DNA from: Octopus vulgaris
Taxonomy: Eukaryota
Reading direction: 5' to 3'
Length of the DNA: 64,000 nt
Assembly: GCA_951406725.2 (NCBI GenBank)
Contig: OX597819.1
Coordinates: 24,614,001 to 24,678,000, forward strand
Below are positions 55,871-64,000 of this stretch, one piece after another. How positions within the stretch are numbered: position 1 is the stretch's first letter; each line of letters opens with the position of its first letter. The notes beneath the pieces are model-generated. The model was not told the origin of the DNA and made no database searches. It was given only the letters and a program-made list of their open reading frames with translations. The translations under genes were made by a program, and so were the position numbers.

Positions 55871-56568
55871 TATATATATATATACGAGAGTTATATATAT
55901 ACGAGTGTAAAATTCTACCTGTTGTACTTGTCTCCTTCCTTCATACATATATGTATGTATATACGTTCATATATCTGCAGGTGTAGAAGTGTTTGACAGA
56001 CAGGAGGGTGTATTTGTGTATATACCTATATAACTCATATATCTATTATATAAAATCCGTTCTGTGTGTGTGTGTGTGTGTGTGTCTTCTAGGATCTCGG
56101 GCATCCTCCATCCGATTGCGCTCAAATTTGATACATAGATATCGACGGTATCAGGGTACAAAAATCGATTCCAGGTGAGAATGTGATCGATAAAGCCATT
56201 TTTGTCCTGCTTTTCTTCCGTCAACCTGTACATAACTGCACCTTTCATTTTGTGTTGTTTTTGTACTGCTTAAAGGCACGTTTCTTTCCTGCCAAGCTTA
56301 CTGTTTAAACCATGTTTGTGTTCTCCCAGTCAACAGCCTTATCATTACTGGCACTTTAAACTCTTCGGTTGCATATTTGTGTGAATAAAATCGTTTTTCT
56401 TTGGAATAGAAAAAAGTCTATCTTTATTTCTTCTTTTGCTGATGTCTCAAATTTAGGTCAAATCAGTTTTTCTCAAAGGGGAGGCCTATGTGACGGTCGG
56501 ACAAGTTGTTTTGAGAAAATTTGGTTTAAATGTTTGACAGCTCAGCACCGTCCATTGGACGGAGGGGG

Positions 56569-56736
56569 AGTACTTAAGTGACCGGTATAACCTCTCTGAA
56601 AACAGTTCTCAAGAGAAATGGTTGAACCTTGACCATTCAAGTGTCATAACTTTCGGAGAAGTGTATATATGGTCAAGGTTCAACCATTTCTCTTGAGAAC
56701 TGTTTTCAGAGAGGTTATACCGGTCACTTAAGTACT
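56569..56736. repeat. perfect inverted repeat, 68 bp arms with 32 nt spacer
   Basis: 56569-56636 is the reverse complement of 56669-56736. Confidence 0.9.
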
Positions 56737-56896
56737 TTCTGGCGCTTTTATGGGTAACAATAACGCCTGCTTCACATTTTCGAGGGGTAAACAGGCTTCG
56801 TTTCATTCTCATAAAAAAATAATAATAAATAGGAAAAAGAAGAAATATATAATTTTTAATTGAATTGAGCTTAATTAATTTTAAAACTCGAGCTAT

Positions 56897-56951
56897 GTTG
56901 TGCTGACGAGTCCAGAAAGTGGACGACATAGGAAATAATGCTATCTACAGC
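56897..56951 (+). ncRNA. full type I hammerhead with one core mutation (GAAA to GACA)
   Basis: gttgtg-CTGACGA-gtcc-agaaagt-ggac-GACA-tag-gaaataatg-cta-TC-tacagc; all three helices pair. Confidence 0.75.
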
Positions 56952-57149
56952 TACCAGCGACGTTAAGGACTGTGCCTTAAGGAAATGAGAGAGAAACATA
57001 AAGGAATTATTTGGAAATATATATGTGTTCTTCATTTTTAACAATGATTCTTTTACAATGATTCTTTCACAAATTAAAAATAAGCCTAGAAGCGATTTTC
57101 CCCCTTAAGAAGCATTTCCCAGTAATACCACCACATGTTTCTAAATCAG

Positions 57150-58100
57150 TCCTTTGTTTTTCTCATTCTTTTCAATCAGCCGTTGTTTTCTATTAAGTAG
57201 TTAGCTTAAATACTGAAATTATGCTGAATATCTTGGTTTGTATTGCTTTAATAGTGTTTGAGAACAATCTTAGAGTGAGTGTCACTGTGAAACAAAAACA
57301 AATCTCTGACAATTTTCAGGCGTTTCCTTTATCGCTGGTGCACTTCAACAGTGTCATGGGACGGGCTTCCTCTCCTAGACTAAGTAAAAATAACACTTTA
57401 GGACTTCCCACTTTTTAGATAATCCGTCAATAGATGACAAAAAAGAGCGCCATCTAGTTACAACACAACGTAACAAACTGCAATTTTCGACATCGACGAA
57501 TTCACAAAATTCATTTAACTGACCTTTCCTTTTGTTGAACTGGGGAAATTGTTGTACACTTTGAGTACAATATTTTCAAGATCAAATTCTAGTTCTGTAT
57601 CAAATCATTTTGTAGTATGCAAAATACAGTCAAGACTGTTTTGAGTCATTTTTCAGTTTATCTTACTATAATTTGCACTTGCATCGTCAGCAGTGTATGC
57701 CGACACTTTCGTCAAATCCAGACTTAATGTCTCTAGCTTACTTAGTAACTGATTTGTTTCCTCTGGTGATTCATTGTTATCACTGCAAAAGACAACACAT
57801 ATTGCACTCTTTTCTCAATAGGGAAATATCTCAGAAGTATTGGTAAACAGTTCATTGCACCTTTCTTTGACGCATTAGCATGTTATATGATATATTTTAG
57901 ATGCCTTTGTGCAGAAGGCGGCGTTAGAATGTTTTCACATAGAGATTTTGCTTTAGTTTTCACACATGTTAAAGTTTTTACTATCAGAGTCACTATAGAT
58001 TTCTTTGTTAACTTTTACTTCACAATCAGCACTTCTGTATGACTGATGAAGGGTCACACAGCGTGATACACTTTGTACTAGTCTGCAGCTAAGATTTCAT
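57150..58100 (-). pseudogene. hAT-type transposase pseudogene
   Basis: By-eye translation: ASKKGAMNCLPILLRYF, LDLTKVSAYTADDASANY, CILH, DLENIVLKVY, LLRCVVTRW; frameshifted. Boundaries approximate. Confidence 0.7.
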
Positions 58101-58328
58101 CTTCTCATGCTGATCGAGCTGGAGAGAGAAAAATGATGACAATGGTGATGTGCCAGCAATATGAGCGTAAGCTTCATGTTTATCTGTGTTAGCGTGAACG
58201 CACGCAAACACAGATAAGCCCAGCATTTCCCCACCTCCCTTCTGCCAATTTCCATATCACAACAACAGAGTAAATACACGCATATCAACACGCACGAACA
58301 CACACAGACACACACAGACACACACACA

Positions 58329-58366
<38 letters not shown>

Positions 58367-58875
58367 ATCTTGAAAGTTAGCTTTTTTTTTCCACTTTGAG
58401 CAATAAACCTAAATTCTTTGAATAATTCCTGATTAAAAGTAGTCTTTCTGTTTTGGGCATTTCTTCGGGAGCTTCAATGAAAAACAAAGAAATCAGCCAC
58501 CCGCATTTGAAGATTTGGGTAGACTTTATCACTGTGATATGTCGACAAGAAGAAGAAAATGTTTTGCCCTTTATTTTCAAATGCTTACCGTATAATATAT
58601 CATTGCGATTTTTTAACTTTCTATTATAACAAAAATGATTTACTTTTACTTGCTTCAGTCATTTGACTGAGGCCATGCTGGGACACCGCCTTGAAATTTT
58701 AGTCGAATGTATCGACTCCAGTACCTATCTTCTAAAAGCCTGGTACTTACTCTATCATTCTTTTTTGTCGAAACGCTAAGTTACAGGGACGTAAACACAC
58801 CAACACCACCAGTTTCAAGCGGTAGGGACACACACGCATACACACACACACACATACACACACACACACACACAT

Positions 58876-58937
<62 letters not shown>

Positions 58938-59440
58938 GACGAGCTTCTTTCAATTTCTATCTACCAAATCCACTCACAAAGCTTTGGTCTGTCTCAGGTT
59001 ATAGTAGAAGACACTTACCCAAGGTGCCACACGGTGGGTTTGAAAACAGAACCATTTGTTTGGGAAGCAAGATTGTTATCACATACTCACGCGTACAGCG
59101 CCATAAACAATTATACTTTACGGTATTTTTTCCGGCTTTATATGTTCAGAGTTCAAATCCAGCTGTGGTTAACTTTGCTTCTCAACCTTTAGGGTATCGA
59201 TAAAATAAGTACCGGATGAGCACTGGAGTCAGCGAAATTGACTTGCTCGGCTCCCTCCCTTCACAATTGCTGGCCTTGTATCAAAATTAAAAGGAACTGT
59301 TTAAGCCGCCGCCCTTTCTCCTATAGTCTCACTCGGTCGAAGGACATCTTTGAACTACATGGTGATTCCAATAGTGCTGGTATCACGATAAGGAATTCTA
59401 TATCCTCTAAGAAGTGGTCAGCTTTAGGAAATGTAATACC

Positions 59441-59673
59441 TATTTCTTTACTACCCACAAGGGGCTAAACGCAGAGAGGATAAACAAGGACAGACAAACG
59501 GATTAAGTCGATTATATCGACCCCAGTGCGTAACTGGTACTTAATTTAATCGACCCCGAAACGATGAAAGGCAAAGTCGGCCTCGGCGGAATTTGAACTC
59601 AGAACGTAGCGGCAGACGAAATACCGCTAAGCATTTTGCCTGGCGTGGTAACGTTTCTGCCAGTTCGCCGACC
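59441..59673 (-). mobile_element. SINE family C2 with 16 bp TSD
   Basis: taggaaa(t/g)gtaatacc at 59425-59440 and 59674-59689, i.e. GGTATT... on the element strand. Confidence 0.85.
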
Positions 59674-61132
59674 TAGGAAAGGTAATACCACCATCGAAAC
59701 CATGATGAAGTAGACACTGGAGTTGTCCTTAGATCTATCGGATCCTGTTAAATTGTCCAGCCCATGACAGCATGGAAGAGATGTTGAGTGATGGTGAGGA
59801 TGATGATGAGGTGAGGCTGGTGGTGTTGGTGTTGAAAGGCAGCAAGATTCTGATATTTACATCTGCAGCTACATCTTAGCTGTTAAATAATAAGAACAGC
59901 TGACAAAGGACATGAACTCACTAATATGCACGAAACGGGTGTCTAATGTTATATTTGGCTCAAGGCGGCGAGCAGGCAGAATCATTGGCATGCCGAGAAA
60001 AATGCTTAACGGCATTTTGTCCGTCTTCACGTTCTGAGTTCAAATTCTGCTGGTGTTAACTTTGCCTTTCATCCTTTCGAGGTCAATAAAGTAAAAATTA
60101 TTTGAGCACCGGGGTAGATGTAATTGACTTGTGCTCCCCCCCTCAATGGCTGGCTTTTAGCCAAAATTTGAAAGCAATATTACTCTTAGCTGAATCGGTA
60201 GAGTGTCGGACAAAATACCTTGTAGGATTTAGTTTTGACTTTTTGTTGCGTTCCGAGCTCAAATCCTGCCACAATCGACTTTGTCAATCATCCTCCGAAG
60301 ATAAGTGCTAAAGAGTGATGGTTGAATAAAAAGCTTTAACGTCTTGTGATATTTGCGTTTCTTCAACTTTTGGCCCTCTAAGTTCAAGCTGAAATCAACA
60401 TTGTCTTTCGACTTCTCTCTGTCAATGAAATAAAGTACAAGTCAAGTGATGGGATCGATGTTAGCGATCTACCCCTCCCTTTAAAATTACTGGCATCATG
60501 CGTAAATCAGAAACCATTGCATTTCATGTCCGATAAATAGAATATCAAACAGGGACCGGGGACGGTTCTCTTCCTCTTTCGCCAAGGCCACCAGGCAGTT
60601 AAAGGCTACCTCCACTTTCTGGCGAAAGAAAGGTAGCAGGATGATCTTCACAATGGGCTCAGCTCGTAGAAGGATATTGTTCGACAAGATTTCACTCTTC
60701 TCCTCTGGAAGCCATCTACTCGCAATACCAGAGGGCGCACACTCTCCTACCCTGATGTAATCTCCAGGGATACAGGCATCCAGCAACAGGACCTCCGTAA
60801 TGCCATAATGGACCGTGAAGTCTGGCGTAGCATGGTAAATTCCATTGTCTCGACCACGGTCGAACAATGATGAATGATGATGATCTCTTCCTCTATTTTT
60901 TCTCTCCCTACCTCTTTAAATCAGATATATGAAGGAATCCAATAAAAGAGCCTCCTTTACTCACAAGAGCGTAGGATAAAACGAGTATTTGTCAAGTACT
61001 GAACCGATTAAATCGACTACGTCCTTCTCCAGAATTTAAGGTATCGTTTTGCTTATTTCAGTCATTGGACTACGACCACGCTGAAGCACCATCTTGAAGG
61101 GTTTAGTCGAGGCTATAGTAGAAGTCACTTGA

Positions 61133-61167
<35 letters not shown>

Positions 61168-62087
61168 TATATATGCGTATATCTATATGTTTGTGTCTTT
61201 GTGTCTTTGTCTCCTACTACGGTTTGACAACTGGTATTGGTATGTTTATGTCCCCATAACTTAGTGTTTCGACAATAGAAACCGATAGAATAGGCTTAAA
61301 ACATAAATATCTGGAGTCAATTTGTTTGACTAAAAGTCCTTCAAGGTTGTGCCCCGGCATGACCACCACAATCAAATGACTGAAACAGATGAAAGATATA
61401 TGCGACCAACTTCCGCACAGTTTTCATCAACTAAATTTACTCAAGTCCCCTGATTAGACTGGCACTGCCCTGTGGAATTGAACCTCGACCCAAATAGTTG
61501 CGAAGCGAACTTCTTAAATACACAACATCCTATGTTAATACTCAGTATCATTTTATGCAATGGGCCTTTTTCGCTTCAACTACACAGACAGACAAACAAA
61601 TAAACGTTCAACACAGACAGACTGACAAACTGAATTACAAAAAGACAAACGGATACACAGGCGGACATATTTACAAAGTAAGTGGAATCTCAAAATAGAT
61701 TAAAGAATATGTTGCGCATATAAACTTTATTATTAATACCCCAGTGTAAAATATAAATAACTACCAGTTTCCGGGAGGGTCCTGTTTATTTAAATATTCT
61801 TTAATTTGAGATAATAGGTTCATGCCGCGGACAACTGCAATAGTGGGAGTAGGAAGTTATTAATGAATGCTGTGACCAGTTGGTATAACGTCAGAAGACA
61901 CAAAATGGGATAAGATTTCAATCCCAAGTGGAAGGTACATTTTCATTCTTCTTTTATTTATATTTTGTTGTTTATTTTAGTATTTTGGATTTTACTGCTC
62001 TGTTATGTCCGTTAAAAGGCAAGGGGGGCGAATAGATGTAAGAAATAACTGCTCTAAGCTGCGTTTACTTATCCGTCTTTCACCCAG

Positions 62088-62154
<67 letters not shown>

Positions 62155-62349
62155 GTTTCCATCTCTTCCTCATCCCCTCTCCCTCCCCCTATGTATTATA
62201 TACACATATATATGCACATACATATATATATATACACGTACATATAAATGTTATAAATGTATATGAACGTACGTGTATATATGCATATAGATTTGAAGAA
62301 AAATTATAAAAATGGCTTTTCTGATAATTTTTTTCATTTTAATAACTCT

Positions 62350-62545
62350 CTTTTTACTCTTTTATTTGTTTCAGTCATTTGACTGCGGCCATGCTGGAGC
62401 ACCGCCTTTTAGTCGAGCAAATCGACCCCGGGACTTATTCTTTTGTAAGCCCAGTACTTATTCTATCGGTCTCTTTTGTCAAACCGGTAAGTGACGGGGA
62501 CGTAAACACACCAGCATCGCTTGTCAAGCAATGCTAGGGGGACAA

Positions 62546-62598
<53 letters not shown>

Positions 62599-62758
62599 TA
62601 TATAAGACAGGCTTCTATCAGTTTCCGTCTATCAAATCCACTCACAAGGCATTGGTCGGCCCGGGGCTATAGCAGAAGACACTTGCCCAAGATGCTACGC
62701 AGTGGGACTGAACCCGGAACCATGTGATTGGTAAGCAAGCTTTTTACCACACATCCAC
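62350..62758 (-). mobile_element. SINE family A
   Basis: Homology to full copies; older diverged relatives at about 58640-59090 and 61050-61400. Confidence 0.85.
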
Positions 62759-62906
62759 TTATATAAGATGTATATAAATTATAAATATAAATATAAATTA
62801 TAGATATCCAAGTATTAAATTGGAAAAATTATCAGAAAAGCCATTTCTATTTATTTTCTCAAATGCATAATACTGTACCAAGGACATTCTATTTCTTATT
62901 TTACTA

Positions 62907-62944
<38 letters not shown>

Positions 62945-62948
62945 CACA

Positions 62949-63048
<100 letters not shown>

Positions 63049-63330
63049 TAGACAGACAGACAGAAAAACAGACAGATATATGCTTTAAAACGATAGTATC
63101 GATCTAAAAATTCACTTCTGTCAGCGCATCAGTTACGTGAAACTCTGAGTTCGTGAATTTTTTCATCTTCATTATGTATGTATGTATTTATGTATTTATG
63201 CATGTATGTATGTATTTATGTATGTATGTATGTATGTATTTATGTATGTATGTATGTATGTATGTATTTATGTATGTATGTATGTATTTATGTATGTATG
63301 TATGTATGTATCTATCTATCTATCTAGTTA

Positions 63331-63389
<59 letters not shown>

Positions 63390-63637
63390 TTAAATAATGA
63401 GGCTGATAAATTGAATATTAATTTAATTAACATCAATTTAAATCCAGTAGCCTAGTATATAGAAAAATCTGAAAATTCAGAACAATTTTAAAGATGCGTA
63501 TAATAGAGATAACCACTAAGTGGACATCCAATATGCTAGAAGAAGATCTACTATGATCTAACTACAAAGAAAACAATGTTCTCTAGAGAAATTCAGCAAA
63601 CACCTTAGTGGTCATTCCTATTATACGTATGTATGTG

Positions 63638-63670
<33 letters not shown>

Positions 63671-63744
63671 ATGTGTGTGTGTGTGTGTGTGTGTATGTGT
63701 GTGTGTTTGTGTGTGTGTGTGTGTATACACATACATATAAGCCT

Positions 63745-63970
63745 CCAACTGGAAGTCACTGTACTGTTCCAAATGTCCCAGTTATCTCGTCTAAAGTGAG
63801 GACTATGTGCTGCAATAGCTTGGGATTCAAGAGCCCACAGCTATGTGACGTCTTGCCAAAGCATCTGAGATATCTGCATGGAATAGGGGCAGGTGTATTT
63901 AAGAAACAACTTGATCTCCTGCTACCCAAGATCCCAGACGAACCTATATCAAAGCAGAAGCATACTCTAA
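63745..63970 (+). mobile_element. CR1-like LINE 3' fragment
   Basis: GSHCTVP..CCNSLGFKSPQLCDVLPKHLRYLHG..VFKKQLDLLLPKIPDEP. Confidence 0.75.
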
Positions 63971-64000
63971 GATGTAGAGCAATGTATATCTTAAAGGGGA

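Noticed and set aside
58036-58090. CTGATGA as a hammerhead core (also 22064, 32252, 33883, 49296, 5175-5196)
   Set aside because: No GAAA/UH in register, or stems I/II do not pair; 58042 lies in hAT transposase sequence.

Overview
AT-rich, repeat-saturated eukaryotic DNA, most likely from an octopus (coleoid cephalopod). This is judged from the tRNA-headed SINE families, the extreme (TA)n/(AAT)n/(ACAT)n microsatellite load and the TTAGGG telomeric repeat. No intact host gene is visible; nearly all ORF-track entries are microsatellite, SINE or telomere read-through. Recognisable content: three SINE families; decayed mariner, Tigger and hAT transposases; MITEs; non-autonomous Helitrons; R4/Dong-, L1/Tx1- and CR1-like LINE fragments; and a 2.9 kb internal (CCCTAA)n array. 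Reading by eye shows a layer the ORF track misses: at least 10 hammerhead-ribozyme (HHR) motifs from several unrelated small non-coding elements, many sitting in or next to (TA)n and built as inverted/tandem Penelope-type pseudo-LTRs or retrozymes. Four observations stand out. (1) A repeat at 8311-8376 (second copy 21321-21394) has all three HHR segments in a reversed, pseudoknotted order that fits none of types I/II/III. (2) Two perfect fold-back palindromes have their apex exactly at the 5' edge of an HHR core. (3) The telomeric array is bracketed by inverted arms of an HHR-bearing element and contains a CCCTGG block, either a nanopore miscall or an A-to-I-edited retrocopy. (4) One SINE subfamily appears to target GGTATT and nest into itself. 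All RNA structures were paired by eye and none is experimentally or computationally confirmed.
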